This document shows, one piece after another, positions 27,822 through 38,652 of a stretch of DNA of 64,000 nt. Source of the DNA: Acetobacteraceae bacterium. Its GTDB lineage: Bacteria; Pseudomonadota; Alphaproteobacteria; Acetobacterales; Acetobacteraceae. How positions within the stretch are numbered: position 1 is the stretch's first letter; each line of letters begins with the position of its first letter. The DNA is taken from the NCBI GenBank assembly GCA_947455205.1, contig CANGNF010000009.1, positions 13,659-77,658 of the forward strand. Reading direction: 5' to 3'. The notes beneath the pieces are model-generated. The model saw only the letters and a program-made list of their open reading frames with translations, had not been told where the DNA came from and did not search any database. The translations under genes and the position numbers were made by a program.

Positions 27822-28502
27822 ATGATCAAGTTCTACTACAACCTGGCCCCCAACCCCACCAAGGTTGCGCTGGCGCTGGAGGAGATGGGCCTGGCCTACG
27901 AGCTGCATCCGGTTGACACCCGCAAGGGCGAGCAGCACGCGCCGGCCTTCCTGGCCATCAACCCCAACGCCAAGGTGCCGGCCATTGTCGATGGCGACAC
28001 CACGGTGTTCGACAGCAACGCCATCCTGCTCTACCTGGCCGAGAAGAGCGGCAAGTTCCTGCCGACGGCGGCGCAGCGCGGGCAGTCGCTGTCCTGGCTG
28101 ATGTTCATCGCCAGCGGCATCGGGCCGTATTCCGGCCAGTGCGTCCACTTCCGCAACGTGGCGCCGGCGCCGAAGGACTACGCGGTCAACCGCTACGTCT
28201 TCGAGGCGCGTCGCCACTGGGGCATCGTCGAGGCGCAGCTGGGCAAGCACGCCTATCTGCTGGGCGACGACTACACCTATGTGGACATGGCGCTGTGGGG
28301 CTGGGCGCGGCTGCTGCCCTTCGTGCTGGGGCTGGACGGCTATGGCGAGTTCCCCAACATCGGCCGCTTCGTCGCCGCGGTGAATGCCCGTCCGGCCGCG
28401 GTGGCCGCGCTGGCACTGAAGGACAAGCACAGCTTCAAGGCCGACATGGACGAGGCCGCCAAGCTGGCGATGTTCCCGCATTTGGGCGTCAAGGTCGCCT
28501 GA
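27822..28502 (+). CDS. Glutathione S-transferase (Nu-class/YfcG-like)
   Basis: Trimmed to MIKFYYNLAPNPTKVALALEE. Contains INPNAKVPAIVD and FDSNAILLYLAEKSG. Confidence 0.85.
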   Translation: MIKFYYNLAPNPTKVALALEEMGLAYELHPVDTRKGEQHAPAFLAINPNAKVPAIVDGDTTVFDSNAILLYLAEKSGKFLPTAAQRGQSLSWLMFIASGIGPYSGQCVHFRNVAPAPKDYAVNRYVFEARRHWGIVEAQLGKHAYLLGDDYTYVDMALWGWARLLPFVLGLDGYGEFPNIGRFVAAVNARPAAVAALALKDKHSFKADMDEAAKLAMFPHLGVKVA

Positions 28503-28514
28503 GGCTGCCGGCGG

Positions 28515-28532
28515 GGCCGCCTTCGGGTGGCC
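28515..28532 (+). terminator. Small hairpin with a TTCG loop after the GST gene (weak terminator candidate)
   Basis: GGCCGCC-TTCG-GGTGGCC, a 7-bp stem including one G-T (G-U) pair, 13 nt after the stop. There is no U-tract. Confidence 0.3.
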
Positions 28533-28705
28533 TCGCCACGGCTGCCCGGCCTGTGCCATGGTCAGCGAAGCGGCATCTGCCGCGCCGCCTGCCCCGGCTT
28601 CGGGCTATCCCGGCCGCCGACCAGGCGTTTGCGTGACGACAACGGTTTACCCGGCAGGTGCGGCGTCGCAGCATCCTGCCCCCAGTTGAGGCAGGAGTTC
28701 CCCGC

Positions 28706-29776
28706 GTGCAGATCGGCGTCTTCATCCCCATCGGCAACAATGGCTGGCTGATCTCGACCACCTCGCCGCAATACATGCCGAGCTTCGACCTCAACCGCGA
28801 GATCACGCAGAAGGCCGAGCGCTACGGCTTCGAGTTCGCGCTGTCGATGATCAAGCTGCGCGGGTTCGGCGGGCCCAGCCAGTACTGGGACCACAACCTG
28901 GAAAGCTTCACGCTGATGGCGGGGCTTGGGGCGGTGACGACGAAGATCAAGCTCTTCGCCTCGGTCGCGGTGCTGACCATTCCGCCGGCGCTGATCGCCC
29001 GCATGGCGGTGACGAATGACAGCATCAGCCATGGCCGGTTCGGCGTGAACATCGTCTCCGGCTGGCAGAAGGCCGAATACACCCAGATGGGGATGTGGCC
29101 GGGCGAGGCGCATTTCAGCCGCCGCTACGAATACTGCGGCGAATACGTGCAGGTGATGCGCGACCTGTGGGCCAGCGGCGTCAGCAACCTGAAGGGCGAG
29201 TACTTCCAGATGGAGGATTGCCGCGTCAGCCCGACGCCGACGGCGCCGATCGAGGTGATCGCCGCCGGGCAGTCCAACCGGGGCATGCAGTTCGCGGCCG
29301 AATACGCCGACTACAACTTCATCTCCGGCGGCGGCATGAACACGCCGCAGTCGCTGGCGCCCTTCGTCGCCCGGCTGCGCGAGGCCACGGCGCTGAGCGG
29401 GCGGAAATGCGGCGCGCTGGCGCTGACCATGATCATTGCCGACGAGACCGACGAGGCGGCGATGGCCAAGTGGAACCACTACTGCGCCGGTACCGACCTG
29501 GAAGCCCTGGCCTGGCGCGACGGCCAGGCGGCGCAGGACACCGCGGCGGAAGCGCATTCCACCGTGGGCCGCATGGTCCGCAGCGAACGCCTGCCGACCA
29601 ACATGCTGCGCCTCGTCGGCTCCTACGCCACGGTGGCCAGGCTGCTGGACGAATGCGCTGAAATCGACGGGTTGCAGGGCGTGATGCTGACCTTCGACGA
29701 CTACCTGATCGGCATCGAGCAGTTCGGCACGCGCATCCAGCCGCTGATGAAGTGCCGCCAGGGCATTGCCGCATGA
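28706..29776 (+). CDS. rutA: Pyrimidine monooxygenase RutA (FMN-dependent luciferase-like monooxygenase)
   Basis: GTG 28706 with AGGAG 8 nt upstream. [25 protein letters not shown]...[13 protein letters not shown]...[14 protein letters not shown]...[13 protein letters not shown]...RRYEY...[11 protein letters not shown]...[14 protein letters not shown]...RIQPLMKCR is colinear with E. coli RutA as I remember it. Confidence 0.85.
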   Translation: MQIGVFIPIGNNGWLISTTSPQYMPSFDLNREITQKAERYGFEFALSMIKLRGFGGPSQYWDHNLESFTLMAGLGAVTTKIKLFASVAVLTIPPALIARMAVTNDSISHGRFGVNIVSGWQKAEYTQMGMWPGEAHFSRRYEYCGEYVQVMRDLWASGVSNLKGEYFQMEDCRVSPTPTAPIEVIAAGQSNRGMQFAAEYADYNFISGGGMNTPQSLAPFVARLREATALSGRKCGALALTMIIADETDEAAMAKWNHYCAGTDLEALAWRDGQAAQDTAAEAHSTVGRMVRSERLPTNMLRLVGSYATVARLLDECAEIDGLQGVMLTFDDYLIGIEQFGTRIQPLMKCRQGIAA

Positions 29777-30432
29777 TCGAGGAAGGCAAGACCGCGAAGC
29801 AACTGTGGGCGGAGTTGAAGGCCGGCCCGCCGCGGCCGCGCTTCGGCTTCGGCCGCCGTGCCGCGCTGGTGAATGTGGACGTGCAATGCGGCTACACCCA
29901 GCCCGCGGTGTACCCCACGGCCTATGAGACCGATCCGCGGCAGATCGAATACATCAACCTGCTGGCGCGGGCGTTCCGTGCCAAGGCGCTGCCGGTGGTT
30001 TGGACCTATGTCGCCTACCTGCCCTCGGGCGAGGATTGCGGCGTCTGGGGCACCCGCACCAACACGCCGGACAGCCTGCAGAACACCAAGGTCGGCTCGC
30101 CGAAGGCCGAGCTGGACCCGCGCACAGACCGCGCGCCGAGCGACATCGTCTTCAACAAGCGCATGGCCTCGGCCTTCTTCGAGACGCATCTCCGCTCCCT
30201 GCTCACCTTCCATGGCATCGACACCGTGGTGGTGACGGGCGGCAGCACCTCCGGCTGCGTCCGCGCCACGGTCGTGGAAGGATTGTCGTGCGGCTTCCGC
30301 ATGATCGTGCCCGAGGAATGCACGTCCGACAGGCATGAAGGGCCGCACTTCGCCAACCTCTATGACATGGCGATGAAGTATGCCGACGTGCTGCCGGTAG
30401 CTGCCGTGGCGGAAGCCATCGCGGCTGGCTGA
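29773..30432 (+). CDS. Isochorismatase-family cysteine hydrolase (in the RutB position; N-carbamoylsarcosine amidase-like)
   Basis: ATG 29773 (ATGA overlap with the rutA stop). The Asp-Lys-Cys triad contexts are [19 protein letters not shown] and [15 protein letters not shown]. Confidence 0.8.
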   Translation: MIEEGKTAKQLWAELKAGPPRPRFGFGRRAALVNVDVQCGYTQPAVYPTAYETDPRQIEYINLLARAFRAKALPVVWTYVAYLPSGEDCGVWGTRTNTPDSLQNTKVGSPKAELDPRTDRAPSDIVFNKRMASAFFETHLRSLLTFHGIDTVVVTGGSTSGCVRATVVEGLSCGFRMIVPEECTSDRHEGPHFANLYDMAMKYADVLPVAAVAEAIAAG

Positions 30433-30490
30433 GTTCGCCGCGTTGGCGCGGTAGTTGCATCGCGTTGCTCCGACCTCTCGGAGCATCGCC

Positions 30491-32110
30491 ATGTCCGGTA
30501 TCCCCACGCCGCATCTCAGCCGCCGCGCCCTGCTGCTGGCCAGCGCCGCCACCGCCATTGCCGCGCCACCGGCGGCGGAGGCGCAGACGCCGCGCCCGGG
30601 CGGCACCATGGTGATGATCGTGAACCCGGAGCCGGCGACGCTGGCGACCTATGCGGTCTCGGCCGGCAACATCCCGCCGATCACCACGCAGATCTATGAA
30701 GGCCTGCTGACCTACGACTGGGACCTGAAGCCGCAGCCGCTGCTGGCGAAGAGCTGGACCGTCAGCGCGGATGGCAAGACCATCACCTTCAAGCTGCAGG
30801 AAGGCGTGACCTTCCATAACGGCGCCGCCTTCACCAGCGCGGACGTAGCCTACTCCTTCATGGAGATCGCCAAGAAGGTGAACCCGAACGGCCCCGTCAT
30901 CCTGCGCGAGTTGGAAGCGGTGGAAACGCCGGACGCGATGACGGCGGTGTTCAAGCTGGCGAACCCGGCGCCCTACCTGATGATGTCGCTGTCGTCGAAC
31001 AACATCCCCATCATCTGCAAGTCGGTGTTCGAGGGCACCGTGCCGATGCAGAACCCCAGCGCCAACCGTCCGATCGGCACCGGCCCGTTCAAGTTCGCGG
31101 CCTGGGAGCGTGGGCAGTTCGTTCGGCTGGACAAGAACGACAAGTACTGGAAGCCGGGCCTGCCGCTGCTGAACCGCATCATCGCCCGCTTCATCCCGGA
31201 TGCCGCCACCCGCAGCGCGGCGCTGGAGACCGGCGAGGCGCACTACGCCGCCTACAGCGCGGTCAATGCCGCCGACATCAAGCGCATGCAGGCCAACCCG
31301 ATCCTGGACAGCACCACGCGCGGCTACGGCACCACGGCCGCGACCAGCGTGCTGGAGTTCAACATGCGCCGGCCGCACCTGGCGAAGAAGGAAGTGCGCC
31401 AGGCCATCTGCTACGCCATCGACCGCCAGTTCATCGTGGACAACATCCTCTACGGCTTCGGCAAGCCGGCGGTTGGGCCGCTCTCCTCGGTGTTCAGCAC
31501 CAGCGGCTGGTTCACCGCGGATGTGCGTCGCTTCGACGTGGCAAACCGGCTGGAGATCGCCAACAAGCTGCTGGACGATGCAGGCTATCCGCGCGGCGCC
31601 AACGGCGTGCGCTTCGGCCTGCACCTGGAGATCAACAGCTTCGGCGAGCAATGGCTGCGGCAGGGCGAATACCTGAAGCAGGCGCTGGCGCAGATCGGCA
31701 TCAACCTGACGCTGCGCAGCGAGGACACCGCCACTTGGCTGCGGCGCTGCTACACCGACTACGACTTCGACATCAACGAGCCGTTCTACTCCGCCGGCGC
31801 CGACCCCGTCATCGGCGTGCACCGGCACTATGTGTCGTCGGCAATCCGCCAGGGCACCACCTTCGTCAACAACAAGGACTACCGCAGCCCGGTCGTGGAC
31901 AAGCTGATGGACGACGCGACGCGCGAGCTGGACCCGAAGAAGCGCGCCGACCTGTACCACGCCGCGCAGAAGCAGATGGTCGAGGACAGCCCTGGCGCCT
32001 GGCTGGCCGAGGTGCAGTACGTGACCATCTTCAACAAGAAGCTGCACGACCACACCATGGGCCCGCTCGGCACCTATGAGGCCTTCAGCCGGGCCTGGCT
32101 GGAGCGCTGA
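30491..32110 (+). CDS. ABC transporter substrate-binding protein, family 5 (peptide/nickel/opine type)
   Basis: Trimmed to MSGIPTPHLSRRALLLASAATAIAAPPAAEAQ (Tat-like signal). Contains GLLTYDWDLKPQPLLAKSWTVSADGKTITFKL. Confidence 0.88.
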   Translation: MSGIPTPHLSRRALLLASAATAIAAPPAAEAQTPRPGGTMVMIVNPEPATLATYAVSAGNIPPITTQIYEGLLTYDWDLKPQPLLAKSWTVSADGKTITFKLQEGVTFHNGAAFTSADVAYSFMEIAKKVNPNGPVILRELEAVETPDAMTAVFKLANPAPYLMMSLSSNNIPIICKSVFEGTVPMQNPSANRPIGTGPFKFAAWERGQFVRLDKNDKYWKPGLPLLNRIIARFIPDAATRSAALETGEAHYAAYSAVNAADIKRMQANPILDSTTRGYGTTAATSVLEFNMRRPHLAKKEVRQAICYAIDRQFIVDNILYGFGKPAVGPLSSVFSTSGWFTADVRRFDVANRLEIANKLLDDAGYPRGANGVRFGLHLEINSFGEQWLRQGEYLKQALAQIGINLTLRSEDTATWLRRCYTDYDFDINEPFYSAGADPVIGVHRHYVSSAIRQGTTFVNNKDYRSPVVDKLMDDATRELDPKKRADLYHAAQKQMVEDSPGAWLAEVQYVTIFNKKLHDHTMGPLGTYEAFSRAWLER

Positions 32111-32114
32111 TCCC

Positions 32115-33086
32115 ATGCGGCGCTGGCGCTACTTCGGCTATCGCCTGGCCTTCGCGCTGCCGGTGGTGTTCGGCATCCTCGTGCTGAACTTCTTCCTGAT
32201 CCAGCTGGCACCGGGCGACGCCGCCTCGGTGCTGGCGGGCGAGAGTGGCGCCGCCTCGCCGGAATACACCGCCATGCTGCGGGAGAAGTTCGGCCTGGAC
32301 CGGCCACTGCTGGAGCAGTTCTGGGCCTATATCGGCAACGCGCTGCAGTTCAACCTGGGATATTCCTTCCGCAACGACAGCCCGGTGTTCGAGCTGATCC
32401 TGGCGCGGCTCGGCCCGACCTTGCTGCTGATGTTGACCGCCTTCGGCGCCGCGCTGACGCTGGGCACCGCGCTGGGCGTGCTGGCGGCGGTGGCGCGGAA
32501 TTCCTGGCGGGATGCGCTGATCTCCGTCGTCACGCTGATCTGCTACGCCACGCCGGTATTCTGGCTCGGGCTGATGCTGATCGTAGTGTTCTCTGTCAAC
32601 CTGAACTGGTTGCCGACCAGCGGCTTCGAGAACATCGCGGAGGGCTATGAGGGCTGGGAGCGCTGGGTGGATATCGGCCGGCATCTCATCATGCCCGGCA
32701 CCGCGCTCGGGCTGTTCTACCTGGCGCTGTACACGCGGGTCATGCGCGCCTCCATGCTGGAACAGACCGGCATGGACTACGTCACCACCGCCCGCGCCAA
32801 GGGCCAGACCGAGCGGAAGATCGTGTTCGGCCACATGCTGCGCAACGCCTTCCTGCCGGTGCTGACCATGGCGGGCGTGCAGGCCGGCAACCTGATCGGC
32901 GGCTCCGTGGTGGTGGAGACGGTATTCGGCTGGCCCGGCCTCGGCACGCTGGCCTTCAACGCGCTGCAATCCCGCGACCTCAACCTGCTGCTCGGCATCT
33001 TCTTCATCTCGGCCAGCCTGGTCGTCATCATCAACCTGGTGGTGGAACTGCTGACCATCACGCTCGACCCGCGGATCCAGGCCTGA
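32115..33086 (+). CDS. ABC transporter permease (DppB/GsiC-like)
   Basis: Trimmed to MRRWRYFGYRLAFALPVVFGILVLNFFLIQLAPGD. Contains the EAA-loop region YVTTARAKGQTERKIVFGHMLRNA. Confidence 0.9.
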   Translation: MRRWRYFGYRLAFALPVVFGILVLNFFLIQLAPGDAASVLAGESGAASPEYTAMLREKFGLDRPLLEQFWAYIGNALQFNLGYSFRNDSPVFELILARLGPTLLLMLTAFGAALTLGTALGVLAAVARNSWRDALISVVTLICYATPVFWLGLMLIVVFSVNLNWLPTSGFENIAEGYEGWERWVDIGRHLIMPGTALGLFYLALYTRVMRASMLEQTGMDYVTTARAKGQTERKIVFGHMLRNAFLPVLTMAGVQAGNLIGGSVVVETVFGWPGLGTLAFNALQSRDLNLLLGIFFISASLVVIINLVVELLTITLDPRIQA

Positions 33087-33909
33087 TGCGCGCCGCGCTG
33101 AAGCGCTTCGCGCGCAATCGCATGGCGGTGCTGGGCGCCTGCGTCATCGGCGTGGTGGCGCTGCTGACGGCGCTGTCGCCACTGCTCTACCCCGCTGGCG
33201 CCTTCACCCTGGCCGGGCCGCCGCTGCAACCGCCGGGCATGCGCTACCTGCTGGGGACCGACGCGCTGGGCCGCGACGTTGCCGCCGGCGTGGTCGCGGG
33301 CGCGCGCACCTCGCTGCTGATCGGGCTGTCGGCGGCGCTCTCGGCGGTGCTGTTCGGCTCCCTCATCGGGGCGCTGGCCGGCTACTACCGCGGTGCCACC
33401 GATATCGTGCTGATGCGCCTCACCGAGTTCTTCCAGACCATCCCGGCCTTCCTGCTGGCCATGCTGCTGGTGGTGATCCTGTCGCCCTCGGTGCTCAGCG
33501 TCATCATCGCCATCTCGGCCGTTTCCTGGCCCGGCATTGCCCGGTTGGTGCGTGGTGAGTTCGTGGCGTTGGGCGGGCGGGAATTCGTGCTGGCCAGCAT
33601 TGGGCTCGGCGCCAGCGGGCCGCGCATCATCTTCCGCCACCTGCTGCCCAACTGCGTCTCCGCCATCATCGCGGTCGGCTCGCTGCTGGTGGCCAGCGCG
33701 ATCCTGCTGGAAAGCGGGCTGGCCTTCCTGGGCCTGGGCGATCCCAACGTGATGAGCTGGGGGCTGCTGATCAGCGCCGGGCGCGTCACGCTGCGTTCCG
33801 CCTGGTGGGTCTGCACCTTCCCGGGCATCGCCATTTTGCTGACGGTGCTGTCGATCAACCTGATCGGCGACGGCCTGAACGAAGCATTGAACCCGAGGCT
33901 GCGCGAGCG

Positions 33910-33913
<4 letters not shown>
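33086..33913 (+). CDS. ABC transporter permease (DppC/GsiD-like)
   Basis: 275 aa with a TGATG overlap. Contains LLGTDALGRDV and VLASIGLGASGPRIIFRHLLPN. Confidence 0.9.
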
Positions 33914-35524
<1,611 letters not shown>

Positions 35525-35538
<14 letters not shown>

Positions 35539-36694
35539 AACCGGCTTCCTGCCCGGCCCGCGCCACACCTTGCCGGGGGCGCCAGGCGGTCCGCTGGCCG
35601 GCCTGACCTTCGCAGCGAAGGACCTGTTCGACGTCGCCGGCGTGCCGACCATCGGCGGCAATCCGGATTGGGGGCGGACGCATCCGGTGCCGTCAGCGCA
35701 TTCATGGGCCGTGCAGCGGCTGCTGGAAGGCGGCGCCGACATGGTCGGCAAGACCATCACCTGCGAAATCTCGCTGGGCATCCTCGGCTACAACCAGTTC
35801 TACGGCACGCCGCCCAACCCGGCGGCGCCGGGCTGCCTCCCCGGTGGGTCGTCCTCCGGCTCGGCCTCGGTCGTCGCCGCCGGGCTGGCCGATGTGGCCT
35901 TGGGCACGGACAGTGGCGGTTCCGTGCGCGTGCCGGCCAGCCTGTGCGGGCTCTACGGGCTGCGGCCGACACATGGGCGCATCTCGGTCGCCGGGCTGCT
36001 GGCCCAGGCGCCGACCTTCGACACGGTGGGCTGGTTTGCCCGCGACGCCGAAACCTTCGGCCGCGTGGCCGCCGTGATGTTCGGCGAGGCGCTGCCCGCC
36101 GCCGAGGCCGCCGGCGTACTGCTGGCCGAGGACGCCTTCGCCCTGGCCGACCCCGAGGTCGCCGCCGCGCTGCAACCTGCCGCCGAGCGGCTGGGCGCGC
36201 AATTTGGCGGGCTGACGCGCATGACGCTGGGCGAACCGGGCGAGTTGGAGACCTGGGCGGGGCAGCGCAACATCCTGCAGCGCGCGGAGTCCTGGGCCAC
36301 CTTCCGGCCCTGGATCGAGAAGGAAAACCCGACCTTCGCCTACAACATCGCCCGCAACCTGGCCGGTGGCTCCGCCATTACCGCGGAGCAGGTGGCGGTG
36401 GCCAAGGTGGTGCGGCGGCAGGTGGTGGACCAGGCGCGGCGGCTGCTGAAAGGCGGCGCCATCCTCTGCCTGCCGACCACGCCCTTCCCGGCGCCGCCGC
36501 TGGGCCTGCCGCTGCCGGAGATCGATGCGCTGCAGGCGCGGATCGGCATCACCACGTCCTTCGCCGGGCTGTGCGGGCTGCCGCAGCTGAACCTGCCGCT
36601 GGGCAAGGTGGGCGGCAAGCCGGTGGGGCTTTCCATCATCGGCTGGCGCGGCAGCGATACGCGGCTGGCCGCGATAGCCCGCGCCCTGGGCTAG
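35525..36694 (+). CDS. Amidase-signature family amidase (short, roughly 390-aa type)
   Basis: Trimmed to ATG 35525 (14-nt overlap with the ATPase gene). Contains FAAKDLFDVAGVPT and GGSSSGSASVVA...GTDSGGSVRVPAS. Confidence 0.85.
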
Positions 36695-36699
36695 CACGC

Positions 36700-36719
36700 C
36701 GCCGGTGAGTCCACCGGCG
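36700..36719. terminator. Bidirectional terminator-like hairpin between convergent genes
   Basis: 8-bp stem CGCCGGTG (36700-36707) with CACCGGCG (36712-36719) and a 4-nt loop, 6 nt after the TAG stop. Confidence 0.5.
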
Positions 36720-36730
36720 ACGACCAGGCG

Positions 36731-37357
36731 CTAGCCTACCGCCCCATAGGCGCGGCAGAAGGTCCGCACCGCCGCCGCGGCGCTGGCGGCAATCGCCGCC
36801 TCGTCCGGCATCGGGCCGATGCCCAGGGTGGCCTGCAGGAACATCTCGCTGCGCAGCAGGGCCAGGCATTGGTCGGCGGCCAGCGCCGGGTCCGGCGCCT
36901 GCAGCAGCCCGCGCGCCGCCTGCGCCGCCAACCAGCCGGTCAGCCATTGCCGTGTCGCGCGCGGGCCGTTCTCATGGAAGGCGCGGGCGAGCTCGGGGAA
37001 GCGCGACCCCTCCGCCACCACCACGCGGAACATGCCCAGCGAGCGTTCGCGCAGCAGGAAGCCGAGCCAGCGGATCGCCATGGGCAGCATGGCGTCGTAG
37101 AGGCTGGCGCCGGCCGGCCCCATCTCCGGCGTCTCGCCCCGCATCTCCAGGCAGGCGCCCTGGATGATGGCGGCGAACAGCCGGTCCTTGGCGCCAAAAT
37201 GGGCGTAAAGCGTGGCCTTGGAAACGCCGGCGCGCTTTGCCACCGCATCCATGGAAACCGCACCATAACCCTGGGTGATGAACAACTCCGCTGCCGCTTC
37301 CAGGATGGCGCGGGCCTTGGCGGAAGCGGGGGCGGCGGTTTCGGCGCTGGCGCTCAT
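36731..37357 (-). CDS. TetR/AcrR-family transcriptional regulator
   Basis: Trimmed to MSASAETAAPASAKARAILEAAAELFITQGYGAVSMDAVAKRAGVSKATLYAHFGAKDRLF (TetR HTH). Divergent from the efflux operon. Confidence 0.85.
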   Translation of the reverse strand: MSASAETAAPASAKARAILEAAAELFITQGYGAVSMDAVAKRAGVSKATLYAHFGAKDRLFAAIIQGACLEMRGETPEMGPAGASLYDAMLPMAIRWLGFLLRERSLGMFRVVVAEGSRFPELARAFHENGPRATRQWLTGWLAAQAARGLLQAPDPALAADQCLALLRSEMFLQATLGIGPMPDEAAIAASAAAAVRTFCRAYGAVG

Positions 37358-37363
37358 ATCAGG

Positions 37364-37383
37364 TGAACCGGACCGTTCAGTTT
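37364..37383. promoter_or_regulatory. Candidate TetR operator 1 (TGAAC-N6-GTTCA plus AGTTT)
   Basis: TGAACCGGACCGTTCAGTTT lies 7 nt upstream of the tetR start. Its 12-mer ACCGTTCAGTTT recurs as ACGGTTCAGTTT at 37438-37449. Confidence 0.4.
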
Positions 37384-37425
37384 GGTTGACACACCTTCCG
37401 TTTAGCGGCAAACAGCCGCGGACGC

Positions 37426-37449
37426 AAACTGGACTGTACGGTTCAGTTT
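37426..37449. promoter_or_regulatory. Candidate TetR operator 2, a 24-bp imperfect palindrome
   Basis: AAACTGGACTGTACGGTTCAGTTT. 20 of 24 positions are self-complementary. It ends 22 nt upstream of the efflux-gene ATG at 37471. Confidence 0.45.
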
Positions 37450-37470
37450 ACCCACCAGCGAGCACCCCCG

Positions 37471-38652
37471 ATGAACGCGATGGCCCCAGCCGCCCCCGTC
37501 ACCACTGCCGCCCCTGCCCGCGTGCCGCGCAACCTGCGCCGCACGGCGGTGAAGCTCGGCCTGGCCGGCCTGCTGCTGGCGGGCGCGGCGCTGGGTGGCA
37601 GCTGGTGGTTCAGCGTCGGCCGCTACATGCAGCAGACCGAGAACGCCTATGTGCAGGGCGACGTCGCCAGCCTGGCCTTCCGGGTGGATGGCAACGTCGC
37701 GGCCATCCGCGTGGCGGACAACCAGCGCGTGGCCCGCGGCGACGTGCTGGTGGAGCTGGACCCCGCGCTGTACCAGGCCCGCGTTGCCCAGGCCGAGGCC
37801 AGCCTGGCCGACGCCACCGGCGCCATCGCCACGCTGGGCGAGCAGCTGGGCCTGCAGCAGGCGCAGGTGGCGGTCAGCCAGGCGCTGCTGGCCCAGGCCA
37901 TCGCCGAGCAGGCCCGCGCCAGCAGCGATGCCCGCCGCTACCAGGGCCTGGCGGCGCAGGGCATCAGCAGCCGGCAGACCGAGGAACGCAGCCGCGCCGA
38001 CTCGCTGAAGGCCGCCGCCGCCATCGGCTCCGCCGAGGCGCAGCTGGCCGCCGCCCGCCAGCAACTCGTTGTCCTGCAAGCCCAGGCCCGCCAAGCCGAG
38101 GCCCGCCGCGACCAGGCTGCCGCCACGCTGCGCCTGGCCCAGCTGGACCTGGCGCAGACCGTGCTGCGCGCGCCGTTCGACGGCATTGTCGGCAACCGCG
38201 CGGCGCAGCTGGGGCAATATGTGCGGCCGGGGCAGAACCTCATCGCCGTGGCGCCGCCGCCGGAGCGGCAATGGGTCGTCGCCAACTTCAAGGAAACCCA
38301 ACTGGCGCGGTTCCGCCCGGGCATGCCGGTGCGCATCACCGTGGATGCGCTGGGCGGGCTGGAACTGCATGGCCGCATCGACAGCCTGGCGCCGGCCACC
38401 GGTTCCCTGTTCAGCCTGCTGCCGCCGGAGAACGCCACCGGCAACTTCACCAAGATCGTCCAGCGCGTGCCGGTGCGCGTGGCGCTGAATGCGGAGGACG
38501 CGGCGAAGCTGGCGCTGCTGCGGCCTGGCCTTTCGGTGGAGGCGGAAGCGGACACGCGCGACGACCCGACCGCGTCGCGCAGCAGCTTCGGCGCGCTGGG
38601 CACAATTTTGTCCGGCCTGTTCGGCAACCGGGCGGCCGCGGCACACCCATGA
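37471..38652 (+). CDS. HlyD-family membrane-fusion/adaptor protein (EmrA-like)
   Basis: 393 aa. Has an N-terminal TM segment (LGLAGLLLAGAALGG). Contains TENAYVQGDV and GDVLVELDP, coiled-coil Ala/Gln-rich segments, and NFTKIVQRVPVRV. Confidence 0.88.
   Translation: MNAMAPAAPVTTAAPARVPRNLRRTAVKLGLAGLLLAGAALGGSWWFSVGRYMQQTENAYVQGDVASLAFRVDGNVAAIRVADNQRVARGDVLVELDPALYQARVAQAEASLADATGAIATLGEQLGLQQAQVAVSQALLAQAIAEQARASSDARRYQGLAAQGISSRQTEERSRADSLKAAAAIGSAEAQLAAARQQLVVLQAQARQAEARRDQAAATLRLAQLDLAQTVLRAPFDGIVGNRAAQLGQYVRPGQNLIAVAPPPERQWVVANFKETQLARFRPGMPVRITVDALGGLELHGRIDSLAPATGSLFSLLPPENATGNFTKIVQRVPVRVALNAEDAAKLALLRPGLSVEAEADTRDDPTASRSSFGALGTILSGLFGNRAAAAHP

Noticed and set aside
28503-28705. Possible riboswitch or leader structure in the 203-nt region upstream of rutA, which contains GC hairpins including two with TTCG-type loops
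   Set aside because: I cannot match it to any riboswitch consensus I know. I also found no RutR box (TTGACCAnnTGGTCAA). GC-rich hairpins arise easily at this base composition. I annotated only a weak terminator call after the GST gene.
36731-37357. The TetR regulator as RutR controlling the nearby rutA module
   Set aside because: It is convergent with, and about 7 kb downstream of, rutA. It is divergently paired with the EmrAB-like operon. The palindromic sites lie in that shared promoter region, not upstream of rutA.
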